In this document: positions 35,423 to 45,772 of the stretch, piece after piece
How the letters are laid out: each line of letters opens with the position of its first letter
How positions within the stretch are numbered: position 1 is the stretch's first letter
DNA from: an uncultured delta proteobacterium
GTDB lineage: Bacteria; Myxococcota_A; Polyangia; Polyangiales; B10-G4
Direction: 5' to 3'
Length of the DNA: 64,000 bases
Assembly: GCA_963727445.1 (NCBI GenBank)
Contig: CAVSGI010000006.1
Coordinates: forward strand, 672,001-736,000
Notes under the pieces: generated by a model
Database searches by the model: none
Told to the model about the DNA's origin: nothing
The model's input: only the letters and a program-made list of their open reading frames with translations
Program-made: the position numbers and the translations under genes

Positions 35423-35966
35423 GCCTTCAGAAGATAGCATCCGAGACGCACCTCCTTCCATCGGCCGGGCGCGTTACGACGTCGCAGGCTTCGGCACATT
35501 GTGGCTCTTCTGGAGCGATGTCGGACTCACGCACCTCACGCTCCCAGGGGCACAGATGCATGACGCGGAGGTCCCCGTAGGGGAGCTCCCCGACACCTGG
35601 AAGGGGATCCTCGATCGCTACTTCGCCGGGGAAGTCGTCGATTTGAACCAAATCCCCGTCGATCTGCATGGCAGTGATTTTCAAATTCGCGTGTGGGAGG
35701 CACTCCGACGCGTCCCACATGGAAAAGTACGCTCGTACGCCGGAATTGCTTCCGACATCGACAACCCGCGGGCCATGCGCGCCGTGGGCACGGCGAATTC
35801 GAAGAACCCGATCCCGATCGTCGTGCCCTGCCATCGCGTGCTCGAGCAGGGGAACAAGCTCGGCGGCTACAGCGGCGGCCTCGACAAGAAGCGCTTCCTG
35901 CTGCGTCTCGAGGGCGCGCGCATCGAAGGCGACGACGTGCTTCCGGGGCAGCTGGCGCTGCTCTGA
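35421..35966 (+). CDS. ogt: Methylated-DNA--protein-cysteine methyltransferase
   Basis: GSDFQ..VW, RAVGTANSKNP and active site VPCHRV. Start is uncertain. Confidence 0.9.
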   Translation: MPSEDSIRDAPPSIGRARYDVAGFGTLWLFWSDVGLTHLTLPGAQMHDAEVPVGELPDTWKGILDRYFAGEVVDLNQIPVDLHGSDFQIRVWEALRRVPHGKVRSYAGIASDIDNPRAMRAVGTANSKNPIPIVVPCHRVLEQGNKLGGYSGGLDKKRFLLRLEGARIEGDDVLPGQLALL

Positions 35967-36034
35967 CGCTGTTCCCATGACCGTCCCGTAGCCGCGCCGC
36001 ACGAAGTGCAAACGCGGGGTGATACGATCTGTGC

Positions 36035-36712
36035 ATGGGGCGTTGGTGGTGGGTCTGTCTCGTCGTCGCCGGCTGCGGGTTGGAGACGAGCGCGCTCGCG
36101 CCGCCCGAGGAGGGCGTGGCCGACGCGTCGGTGGGCGACGGCGCGGCCGAAGGCGGCCCGACGGACGCGCGCGTCGATTCCCGCGTGGCGGCGGACGGGT
36201 CGATGGACGCGGGGCCGACCGACGGCGGCACACCCGATGGCGCGGCGCCCGACGGAGCGATGATGGATGGCGGGGTGGCGGACACGGCGCCCCCCGACAC
36301 GCGTCCGCCGGATGCGACACCTGCGTGCCCGAGCGGGTACGACCGAAGCCTCGGCGCGTCTCGCAGCTGCTATCGCATCGTGTCGACCACGCGCACCTGG
36401 CAAGATGCCGAGCGGGACTGCGAATCGGACGGCGCGCATCTCATCGTCGTCAACGACAGCGTCGAGGACGACTTCGTCCCCGACTATCACTGGATGGGCT
36501 TCTCCGAGACAGTCACCGATGGCGACTGGCGCTGGGTCACCGGCAGCCGCAACTCCGGCTATCTCGGCTGGGCCGGCGGCGAGCCCGCCTACGGCGGCGC
36601 CGCGTGCGCCGTCCAACGCCCCGACGGCTGGCACGACGACAACGACTACGAGTCGAAGGCCTACGTCTGCGAGCACGACGGTGACGCGGCCGACGCCGCG
36701 GCCTGGGAGTGA
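36035..36712 (+). CDS. Lipoprotein with C-type lectin domain
   Basis: Lipobox VAGC, a DGG linker, then CP.GY...SCY...TW.DA..C...GAHL...WMG...W.W...W..GEP...C...W.D...YVCE. Confidence 0.85.
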   Translation: MGRWWWVCLVVAGCGLETSALAPPEEGVADASVGDGAAEGGPTDARVDSRVAADGSMDAGPTDGGTPDGAAPDGAMMDGGVADTAPPDTRPPDATPACPSGYDRSLGASRSCYRIVSTTRTWQDAERDCESDGAHLIVVNDSVEDDFVPDYHWMGFSETVTDGDWRWVTGSRNSGYLGWAGGEPAYGGAACAVQRPDGWHDDNDYESKAYVCEHDGDAADAAAWE

Positions 36713-36764
36713 CGACAGGGCGCCGTTCGACGCGCACCTGGGCAGGGTGCCGCGCGACAGCGAG

Positions 36765-37937
36765 TCAGGGCGCGGCCGCGAAGCACCCATTCTCGACCGG
36801 TGGGCACGCCTCCCCGCATCGCTCGACCGGCGTCCCATCGCTCGTCATGCTGCCCCGGCAATCGTCCGGTCCGGTGCAGACGCCACCCCCACACCCGGGG
36901 CCTTCCCAGCAGCAGACCGAGTGGATGCAATTCGTCCAGCCTCCGGCCATGGCGCAGCGCGCCGCGCACTGAGCGCCGCTGATGCAGTCGATGGTGCCGC
37001 TCCCCAGGTCGAGGGTGCACGTGGCGCGATCACAGGTGATGCCGACGTCCCCGCCCATGACCGTGCACGTGGCTTCCGTGCCGCGGCACTCGACGTTGCC
37101 CATGTCGACCTGGATGTCACAGGTCGCATAGAGACACGTCACGTCCGCTTCGGCAGCCATGACGTGGCACTGCGTCGTGTCGCCGTCGCACTCGACCCGG
37201 CACGGGCCATCGCACGTGAACGTGCAGTCACAGCCGTCGGGGCAGACGCAGGCGCCGTCGCAGGACTCGGTACAGGTGCCATCGCCTCCGCACACGCTGC
37301 ACCCGACATTCGGCGGCGACGTACAACCAAGGGCCGCATCGCAGACCTCCCCGCTCGCGCACAGCCCGTCGTCCGGCGTGACGATGCACGCGCCATCCGT
37401 GCAGCTGGACGTGGCGCAAGCCACGGGCGCCGCGCAGTCCTCGTCGCGCATGCAGGCGGGCGCGCCGCAAAGCTCCGGCGACTCGATCGTGCAGGTCGGC
37501 GGTGCGCAGCGCCCGGCGACGCACGCCGTGTACGCCGGATCGCCGTCGGGGAGGGGGCACATGACGCCGATGCAGTTGCGACTCATGACGATGGTGACGC
37601 CGAGCGGCCCATCCACGTCGAGGCGCACGTTGCGTGCGAGCACCACGGTTCCGGCCAGGAGAAGCCGGACCTGGGCGACGTTCGGCCCCGACGGCACGTT
37701 GCCGAACTCCGCAACGACCTGGCCCGCTGCGAAGTCCTCGCTCAGGGCGACGTCTCGCTCGAAGGTGCGAGCGATCCCGAAGGCAGCGTCGCCATCGAAG
37801 AGGGCGGTCTGAACGCGGTCGAACTCGACCCCCGGGCGCAGGTCGGAGCGCACGGAGAAGATCACCTCCGCCCCGTCGGCGTTGCACGCGGCCCCCAGAG
37901 CAGCGAGGGCTATCGTGGCGACGAGGGCTCGTCTCAT
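36765..37937 (-). CDS. Cys-rich lipoprotein
   Basis: Lipobox LGAC and a long Cys-repeat C-terminal region. Confidence 0.7.
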   Translation of the reverse strand: MRRALVATIALAALGAACNADGAEVIFSVRSDLRPGVEFDRVQTALFDGDAAFGIARTFERDVALSEDFAAGQVVAEFGNVPSGPNVAQVRLLLAGTVVLARNVRLDVDGPLGVTIVMSRNCIGVMCPLPDGDPAYTACVAGRCAPPTCTIESPELCGAPACMRDEDCAAPVACATSSCTDGACIVTPDDGLCASGEVCDAALGCTSPPNVGCSVCGGDGTCTESCDGACVCPDGCDCTFTCDGPCRVECDGDTTQCHVMAAEADVTCLYATCDIQVDMGNVECRGTEATCTVMGGDVGITCDRATCTLDLGSGTIDCISGAQCAARCAMAGGWTNCIHSVCCWEGPGCGGGVCTGPDDCRGSMTSDGTPVERCGEACPPVENGCFAAAP

Positions 37938-37968
37938 GCCAGAGAGTATGACGGAAGACGCGGTCGCC

Positions 37969-40758
37969 TCACGAGAGCCGCGAAAGCGCGGCCTCGAGCT
38001 CGCCCTTCTTCGCCGTCAGCTCGGCGTTGCGGGCGCGCTCCGCTTCGACTTTTTCGGCGGGGGCGCGCTCGACGAACTTGTCGTTCGCGAGCTTCTTGGT
38101 CGACTGGTCGAGTTCCCTGTCGACCTTCTTGAGCTCGCGGCCGAGGCGCTCCTTTTCCTTGTCGACGTCGATGACGTCGGGGACGACGACCTTGATCCCG
38201 GCGTCGTAGAAGACGGCGGCGCGGGGGCCGGTGACGGCGTCGAGGGCGGCGGCGTCGTCCACCACCGTGACCTCGGCGTTGGTCAGGCGCGCGATGAGCT
38301 TCGTCTCCCGCGAGAGCACCTCTCGCGCCACCGCGTCTTCAGCCCACGCGTGGAGCGCGATGCCGTTCGAGAAGGAGACCTGGTGCTCGGCGCGGATGGT
38401 CCGAACGCCCACGATGGTCGTCTGCAGGACCCCGACGTCGCGTTCGGCGTCCTCGTCGACGCGGAGGTCCGCTTCGCTCCGCGGGTAGGGCGCGACCATG
38501 ATGCTCGACCCGGCCCCGTCGTCCTTCGGAACGCGCTGCCAGATCTCCTCGGTGATGAACGGCATCATCGGATGGAGCGCGCGCAAGGTCGTCTCGAGCG
38601 CGTGGACCAGGGTCTGACGCGTCTCCGCCGCGACCGCCGGGTCCTCGCCCTGGTCGAGGAGCGGCTTCGTCAGCTCCAGGTACCAATCGCAGAGCTCGTC
38701 CCAGACGAAGTGGTAGAGCGCGCCGGTGGAGTCGTCGACGCGGTACTCCTCGAGGCCGCGATCGGCCGCCGCGACGGCGCGCGCCAGGCGTGACAGCACC
38801 CAGCGATTGATCAGCGCCTGCGGCTCGGGCCGCTCGCGCGTCGCCACCGCGTCCGACCCCTCGAGGTTCATCAGGGCGAAGCGCGAAGCGTTCCAGAGCT
38901 TGTTGGCGAAGTTGCGGTAACCCTCGATGCGCTTGATCGACAGGGCGATGCGCTTCTGTTGCGGCGAGTAGCTGAGCAGCGTCATCCGAAGGGCGTCGGC
39001 GCCGTAGGGCGCGAAGCCTTCCGGGTAGTGCTTGCGGATGTACTTGAGCCCGCTCTCCTTCGCCCCGCCTTCTTCGGCCTTCTTCAGCAGGACGTCGAGG
39101 GTCGCGCCGTGGATCACGTCCAGCGGGTCGATGACGTTGCCGCGCGTCTTGCTCATCTTGTCGCCGTTTTCGTCGGTGACCATCCCGCTCAGGAGCACGC
39201 GCCGAAAGGGAACGTCGTCCATGAAGTAGAGGCCCATGACGATCATCCGCGCGACCCAGAAGAAGAGGATGTCGTAGCCCGTCTCCATGTCGCTCGTGGG
39301 ATAGAAGCGCGACAGCTCGAGGGTCTGGTCAGGCCACCCCAGCGTGGAGAAGGGCCACAGGCCCGAGCTGAACCAGGTGTCGAGCACGTCGTCGTCCTGC
39401 CGGAGCTCGGTGCTTCCGCACTCGGCGCACTTCGAGGGCGTCTCGCGGGCGACTGTGACGTGGTCGTTCGGGCAGTACCAGGCCGGGATCGGGTGCCCCC
39501 ACCAGAGCTGACGCGAGATGCACCAGTCCTGGATGTTCCGCATCCAGTGGAAATAGGTCTTCTTCCACTCCTCGGGGATGATCTCGATGCGCCCGTCCTC
39601 GACGACCGCGATCGCGGGCTTCGCGAGCGGCTCCATCTTGACGAACCACTGGGTCGAGATCATCGGCTCGACCACGGTCTTCGAGCGCTGCGACTTGGGC
39701 AGCGTCATCATGTGCTTCTTCTCGCCGCGGGCGAGGCCGAGCTTTTCGAGCTCCGCTTTCACAGCCTTGCGGGCGACGAAACGGTCCATCCCCGCAAACG
39801 GTCCGCCCTCGGCGTTGAGCGTCCCGTCGAGGTTCAGGATGTTGATCTCTTCCAGCCCGTGCCGCTTGCCCGTCGCGAAGTCGTTCGGGTCGTGGGCGGG
39901 CGTCACCTTCACGCAGCCGGTGCCGAACTCCATGTCGACCAGCTCCGCGTCGCAGATGATCGGGATCAATCGATCGACGAAGGGGTGCTTCACCTTCTTG
40001 CCGTGGAGGTGTTTGTAACGCTCGTCGTCCGGATGCACCGCGATGGCGGTGTCACCGAGCATCGTCTCGGGGCGCGTCGTCGACACGACGATCTCGCCGC
40101 CGCCGTCTTCTTCCGAGACCAGATAGGCGAAGTCGAAGAGCGAGCCCTCGACGTTCTCCTGCTGCTCGACCTCGAGGTCGCTGAGCACCGTCTGCGAGCC
40201 GACGTCCCAGTTCACGAGGCGCGTGCCGCGATAGATCAGCCCCTCCTCGTAGAGCTTCACGAAGGCCTCGCGCACGGCGCGGCTGAGCCCCTCGTCCATG
40301 GTGAAGCGCTCGCGCGACCAGTCGCAGGAGGCGCCCATGATGCGGAGCTGCCGGAGGATGCGGCCGCCTTTCTCCTCTTTCCACTTCCACACGCGCTTCA
40401 GGAACTCCTCGCGTCCGAGCTCCTGACGCGTCAGGCCCTCCTTCGCGATCTCGCGCTCGACCATCACCTGCGTGGCGATGCCCGCGTGATCGGTACCCGG
40501 GATCCAGAGCGTGTTGCGGCCCTGCATTCGCTTGTGGCGGATGAGCACGTCCTCGAAGGTCGTGCGGCAGGCGTGGCCCATGTGGAGCGAGCCGGTCACG
40601 TTCGGCGGCGGGATGGCGATGGTGTAGGGCTCGCGGTCGTCGTCCTCCGCCGCGCTCGCCGCGAAGAGACCGGCGTCCTCCCAGAACGCATACCATTTGG
40701 GCTCGACGTCCCGGGAATCGTAGGCCTTCGGCATCTCGCCGCTGAATTCGTCGCTCAT
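37969..40758 (-). CDS. valS: Valine--tRNA ligase
   Basis: PPPNVTGSLHMGH, DHAGIATQ, DWCISRQLWWGH, DTWFSS, KMSKT and a C-terminal coiled coil. Confidence 0.98.
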   Translation of the reverse strand: MSDEFSGEMPKAYDSRDVEPKWYAFWEDAGLFAASAAEDDDREPYTIAIPPPNVTGSLHMGHACRTTFEDVLIRHKRMQGRNTLWIPGTDHAGIATQVMVEREIAKEGLTRQELGREEFLKRVWKWKEEKGGRILRQLRIMGASCDWSRERFTMDEGLSRAVREAFVKLYEEGLIYRGTRLVNWDVGSQTVLSDLEVEQQENVEGSLFDFAYLVSEEDGGGEIVVSTTRPETMLGDTAIAVHPDDERYKHLHGKKVKHPFVDRLIPIICDAELVDMEFGTGCVKVTPAHDPNDFATGKRHGLEEINILNLDGTLNAEGGPFAGMDRFVARKAVKAELEKLGLARGEKKHMMTLPKSQRSKTVVEPMISTQWFVKMEPLAKPAIAVVEDGRIEIIPEEWKKTYFHWMRNIQDWCISRQLWWGHPIPAWYCPNDHVTVARETPSKCAECGSTELRQDDDVLDTWFSSGLWPFSTLGWPDQTLELSRFYPTSDMETGYDILFFWVARMIVMGLYFMDDVPFRRVLLSGMVTDENGDKMSKTRGNVIDPLDVIHGATLDVLLKKAEEGGAKESGLKYIRKHYPEGFAPYGADALRMTLLSYSPQQKRIALSIKRIEGYRNFANKLWNASRFALMNLEGSDAVATRERPEPQALINRWVLSRLARAVAAADRGLEEYRVDDSTGALYHFVWDELCDWYLELTKPLLDQGEDPAVAAETRQTLVHALETTLRALHPMMPFITEEIWQRVPKDDGAGSSIMVAPYPRSEADLRVDEDAERDVGVLQTTIVGVRTIRAEHQVSFSNGIALHAWAEDAVAREVLSRETKLIARLTNAEVTVVDDAAALDAVTGPRAAVFYDAGIKVVVPDVIDVDKEKERLGRELKKVDRELDQSTKKLANDKFVERAPAEKVEAERARNAELTAKKGELEAALSRLS

Positions 40759-40837
40759 CGGACCGGTTCCATACGGGACCTTGGCCGCAGGAACAAGTGG
40801 CGAGCGAAGCGTGGCGGGAAGGGGAGTGCGGCGACGC

Positions 40838-41674
40838 CTACTCAGACGTGAGTCGCTTGATCTCTTCCTTGATGATCGTCTCGGCCAGCTCCGGGACCAC
40901 TTCCCAGACGACCTGCTCGATCACCTCGCGGCTGAGCGCGAGCACGCCTTCGATCTGCGTCTTGTCGAGGCCGAGGCCTTCGAGCTTGCTCGCCATCGCG
41001 CCGCCGTTCGAGGTGGCAGCCGCCGCGGCAGCGGCGGGCTTGGCGGGCGCTCTCGGGGCCGAGGGTCGCGCGGGCGCGGCCGGCGACTCGATCTCGACCT
41101 CCGGCTCATCGGCGAGCTCGAGCACCGGACGCTCGGGGGGCTTCGGCGCGGAGGGCGGAGTCGGAGGAGGCGGGGGACCGGGAGGCCTGGCACCGAAGGC
41201 GACCGTGTGCTTGGGTACGCTCTTCTTGGGCGGCGCGGGAGGAGCTGGCCTCGCCGGAGCCGCGGGCGCGGCGGCGACGGGTGCATCGCCACTCGGGATC
41301 ATCCGCGGTCGCTTGAGCACGTCGCCGACCTTGTCGATGACAGCCTGCGAGTCGAAGGGCTTCACCACGTGATCGTCGACGCCAGCGTCAGCGCCCTTGC
41401 CTTCGTCGTAGGCCTGGTGCTGGCTCGCCATCACGATCACCGCGGTGTTGGCGAGAGCGGGGACGTTCTTGATGGTGGCGGACACGCCATAGCCATCGAG
41501 GCCTTGCATGGAAAGGTCGGCGAAGACCACGTCGGGCGTGATCTCCTGAGCCTTCTGAACGGCGGCCTCACCGCTGTCGACAGCGACGACTTCCGCTTCT
41601 TCCCCAGCGAAAGTCATCTCCATGATCTTCCGCATGGTGAGGCTGTCGTCGACGACGAGAATCTTTACCGGCAC
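40838..41674 (-). CDS. romR: RomR-like polarity response regulator
   Basis: REC domain, Pro/Ala-rich linker and C-terminal SREVIEQVVWEVVPELAETIIKEEIKRL, which is the RomR-C signature. Adjacent to valS. Confidence 0.85.
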   Translation of the reverse strand: MPVKILVVDDSLTMRKIMEMTFAGEEAEVVAVDSGEAAVQKAQEITPDVVFADLSMQGLDGYGVSATIKNVPALANTAVIVMASQHQAYDEGKGADAGVDDHVVKPFDSQAVIDKVGDVLKRPRMIPSGDAPVAAAPAAPARPAPPAPPKKSVPKHTVAFGARPPGPPPPPTPPSAPKPPERPVLELADEPEVEIESPAAPARPSAPRAPAKPAAAAAAATSNGGAMASKLEGLGLDKTQIEGVLALSREVIEQVVWEVVPELAETIIKEEIKRLTSE

Positions 41675-41823
41675 GCTGGACCCTCCTGGGTGGACCAATC
41701 TCCGGGGTCTTGTTACCACGCTAGGCGCGGCGAGGGGAAGTTTTCGATGCGACTGTCAGGCCACTTGGCCTTTGAATTCGCCTGGATGCCGGACGGCCAC
41801 GAGAGCGAGCACTCCCGGCTCCG

Positions 41824-44800
41824 CTAGAGGTCGAGCATCAAGCTCTCGGCGGCCCCTTCGATGGCGGAGGTGGACTGCGGCAGGCCCTCGGCAGCCTGGG
41901 CGGCCGCGCGCAGGACCTCCTGGGCCTGCTCCGAGTGGCCCCGGTCGACGAGGATGCGGGCCAGCGCCGCCGCCGAAGGGCCATGGGCCGGGTTGGCCAT
42001 GAGGCTTCGGCGATAGTGACGCAGGGCGCGGCTGATGTTGCCGCCGTTCTCCGCCTCCCGGCCCTTTTTGCCCTCGTCGAGGGCCAGGGCCCGGCGGACC
42101 CGCGTCCGCTCCTCCATGTAGTGGATCGCCTGCGCCTCGTCGCCCGCGGCGAACGCACAGCGGGCGGCCAAGAGCGCCACGTACTCGTCGCGCCGCACCT
42201 CGATCTCGAGGCTGGCCGTCGCCAGCAGCCCCTCGCATCGCCCTTGGCGATAGGCCCGCGCGACCTCGATCAGCGTCTCGTCGTCGTCGTCGTCCGCCTC
42301 GACGGCGACCTCGATCGCGCGGTCGATGAATCGCGCCTGGTCCACCGCCAGGGCGCTCGAGAGGTAGGGGCGGGCCTCGTAGGGGATCGCCTCCCGGTCC
42401 TGGTCCACCGTCACCAGCTGATAGTGCGCGCGCTCCGCGTGGCGCAGCTCGTCGGCCGAGAGCGCCGCGTCGGGATCGTTCGAGGCATCGTAGTGCGCGA
42501 GCGACGTGTGGACCCACCCGCGCTTTTCGAAGAGGCGGCCGAGCACCAGCTCCCGCTCGTCGTCGACCATGGTCAGCTCGGGCAGGCTCTCCTCGAAGCG
42601 GTGCAGGCCGGGCACACGGTTTTCCACCTCGCGGATGCGCGCGAGGAGGATCTCGTCCCGGTAGCGCTCGGGCAGGTCGTCGAAGGCAGCGGAGGAGATC
42701 CAGGGGGTGTCGTAGACCGCGTAGTCGAGCTCGATGTAGTTGACGGTCATGCCGCTCGCGGTCTGGGCGAGCTCGAACTCGAGCAGAGGCCGGTCGTCGT
42801 GGATCAGCTCCGCGCCGGCACCGAACGCCTGAAAGCCCCGCCCGTCGAGCTCGCGCACGGCGGCGTAGTCGATGATGTGATCGAGGCCCTGGGGCTCGAG
42901 GTAGGGCTCGAGGCCGTCGCTCTTGATCCGCTCGGCGGCCTGCTCGCCGAGGGGGATGGGCTCGCGGCTGGCGATGAGTATCCAGCTCGAATCCTCCACC
43001 ACGAAGGCGTGGCCGTGCGGAAAGACCGAGCGCAAGGTCGCGGTGACGGATTCGAGGGTGGGGAGCTCGGTGCGGAAGAGGTTCACCCACAGGCACATCA
43101 CGCCGCCGGGCTTGAGCGCTCGCGCCGCCTCCTCGAAGAACTCCTGGGTGTAGAGCGCGCTCGAGCCCGCGAGCCACGGATGCGAGGGCTGGCTGACGAT
43201 GGCGTCGTAGGTGCCCTCCGGCGACAGCACCAGGCGCGCGCGGGCGTCGTCCACGATCAGATGGGCGCGGGGGTCGTCGAGGGGGAAGGGCGTGTCTTCG
43301 GCCTCGTAGAGCTCGCGCGCCGCGTCCACCACCGCCTCTTCGAGCTCCACCACGTCGAGGCGCTCCCAGTCGCCGCCGAGCATCACCGCCGTGGTGTGTC
43401 CCGCGCCGAGGCCGATCACCATGGCGCGCTTCTGCTCGCGGGCGAAGACCACCGGCAGGCTGCCCAGCATCGACAGCTCGGCCCCGAATCCAGGGGCGTC
43501 TCCTCCGAAGCCGGACTCGGGACGGCCGTCGTTGTAGAGGCGGAGCAGACCGTCCTCGTCGGTGATGGTCACGGTGGTGTTGCGACCCTCCCGGAGCGAG
43601 ACGATCTGCTCCTGCCAGATGGGCGCCGCCGGCCCTTCGACGATGGCGTTGACGGCGTCGTTGCGAGCGTGCAGGAGGAAGGGCAGGTCGATGGTGGGGC
43701 GCCACAGCAGGATGGCCACCGCGATCAGGGTCGGCACCACGAAGGAGGCGAGCTGCGCGACCAGACGCCTGCTGGTGCCGCGGAAGGCGACCGCCGTGGT
43801 GAGCAGGTGAACCACCGCGATGGTGACCAGGCTGAGCTCGATGCCCAGCGCCGGCACCATCACGAAGCCCGCGAGCAGGGAGCCCAAGAGGCCCCCGATG
43901 GTGTTCCACGCCAGCACGCGCCCGGCGTTCTCGGCCGCCACCTCGGCGGTGCCACCCGCGAGACGCCACGCGAGGGGGATCGAGGTGCCCAGCACCAGGG
44001 CCAGCGGCAGGAGCAGCACGGCGGCCGTCGCGAGCATGACCCACGTTCGATACGGGTCGAGATCCGCCTCGCCACCGATGAGCCCGAGGACGCGGGGCAG
44101 GTGGGGGGCGAGCCACATCGCCACGACGGTGAGCACCGCCATGAAGCCCTGCAGGAAGCCGAAGAGGCGGCCCGGATCGAGGGCGCGGCCCACGCGTTCG
44201 GCGATCAGACTTCCGCCTGCGATCCCGACGAGATAGCAGACGAGCATCGACGCGAACGCAGGTGTGGTGCCATGCAGAGACGATGCGCAGCACACGCGTC
44301 CAGAGGACCTCGCCGGAGAGCGACGCGAGGCCCGCCATGAAGGCGAGGGTGCACGCGAGGCCGACCCGGCTCGGCCGCTGGATGATGACGACCAGGGACT
44401 CTTCCTCCGCGTCGTCGGTGATCTCGGCGGCGACCTGGCCGTGCGCGCGGAAGAGGGAGAGGACCAGGAGACCGCCGCCGATCGACGCGCCCGCGGCGCA
44501 CATCAGCGTCAGCCGGTTGCCGAGGTGCGGCAGGAGCCACAGGCCCGTCACCCCCGCTCCGGTGGCCGCGCCGAGGGTGTTGATCACATAGAGCGCGGTC
44601 GCCTCTCGCGCCCAGCCCTCTCCCGAGCGCGCCACGACCCGCACCAGCACCGGCAGGGTGGCGCCCATCAGGATCGTGGGCGGTAGCAGGACCAGGAGCG
44701 CCAGAACGAAGCGAACCAGGGTGACGACCGCGAAGGGCGCGCCCTCGCCGAGCCACGCATAGAGATGATGGACGTTGGGGATGAGGGCGAGGCTGAGCAG

Positions 44801-45055
44801 CGCCCACACGCCGATCCCCATCTCGAGCCCGGCGTAGATCCACGCGGGCCGGCTCAGCCCCTGGGCGTATCGTCCACCCAGCGCGGAGCCGATGCCCAGG
44901 CCGAGGAAGAAGGCGGCGAGCACCGTCGCGACCGCGAGATCGCCGACGCCGAAGACCCGGTCGAGCATGCGCCCCCAGGTCGTCTGGTAGGCGAGGGCGG
45001 CGCTGCCCGAAAGAAATAGCGCCAGGTAGAGGCTGAGATGACGGAGGGTGCGCAC
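41824..45055 (-). CDS. Multi-TM 'fused MFS/spermidine synthase'-like protein with C-terminal TPR-like region (indel near 44280)
   Basis: FLSGSAALAYQ..W.R, many TM helices, a SAM-fold (VIGLGAGHT, VVELE, DDAR, IVSQPSHPW) and a TPR-like tail. Confidence 0.82.
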
Positions 45056-45129
45056 GGGCGGCCGGGACCCTAGCAGACACGCAGACCAGGGAGTGAGCCT
45101 GGGCTCAGACGTGCTAGCACCCTCGGGCA

Positions 45130-45747
45130 TTGGCTCAGAGCACCCCGCCCCCGATCCGCTACCAAGACAAGGCGCCCGCCGTGCCCGAGGGCGAGGTTCG
45201 TCTACCCGACCTGGTGCCCGGGGAGGGGCCCCTCGAGCTCGACGTGGGCTATGGCCGCGGGGCGAGCCTCTTTGCGCGGGCCGCCGCCTCGCCCGAGAGC
45301 CGGATCCTCGGCATCGAGATCAAGGCCAAGTGGGCCTTCAAGGTGGACGAGCGGCGCCAGCGGTTGAAGCTCGACCGGCTGCGCCCCTTCCAGGGCGACG
45401 CGCGGGAGATCCTCGCCCGCTCGGGGCCGGACGGCTGTCTGGACGCCGTCTTTCTCCACTTCCCCGATCCCTGGTGGAAGAAGCGTCACGTGAAGCGGCG
45501 TGTCCTGAGCGATACCTTCGCGGACGACGTCGCCCGCCTCCTTCGCGAGGGTGGCGTGTTCTTCGTGCAGACCGACGTCGAGGACCGCGCGGAGCTCTAC
45601 CGCGATCTCCTGCGCGCCCACGCCGACTTCGCGCTCGAGGGCGACGGCTTCATCGACCACAACCCCTACGGCAGCGTGTCGAACCGCGAAGCGCGCGCCG
45701 CCGAGGACGGCCTGCCGGTGTATCGCATCCTCGCGAGGCGGTCGTGA
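45130..45747 (+). CDS. trmB: tRNA (guanine-N7)-methyltransferase
   Basis: ELDVGYGRG, GIEI, GDA, FPDPWWKKRH.KRR and QTD. Confidence 0.93.
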   Translation: MAQSTPPPIRYQDKAPAVPEGEVRLPDLVPGEGPLELDVGYGRGASLFARAAASPESRILGIEIKAKWAFKVDERRQRLKLDRLRPFQGDAREILARSGPDGCLDAVFLHFPDPWWKKRHVKRRVLSDTFADDVARLLREGGVFFVQTDVEDRAELYRDLLRAHADFALEGDGFIDHNPYGSVSNREARAAEDGLPVYRILARRS

Positions 45748-45772
45748 GAAGTCGGGCGTGCGTCCCCGTCGC

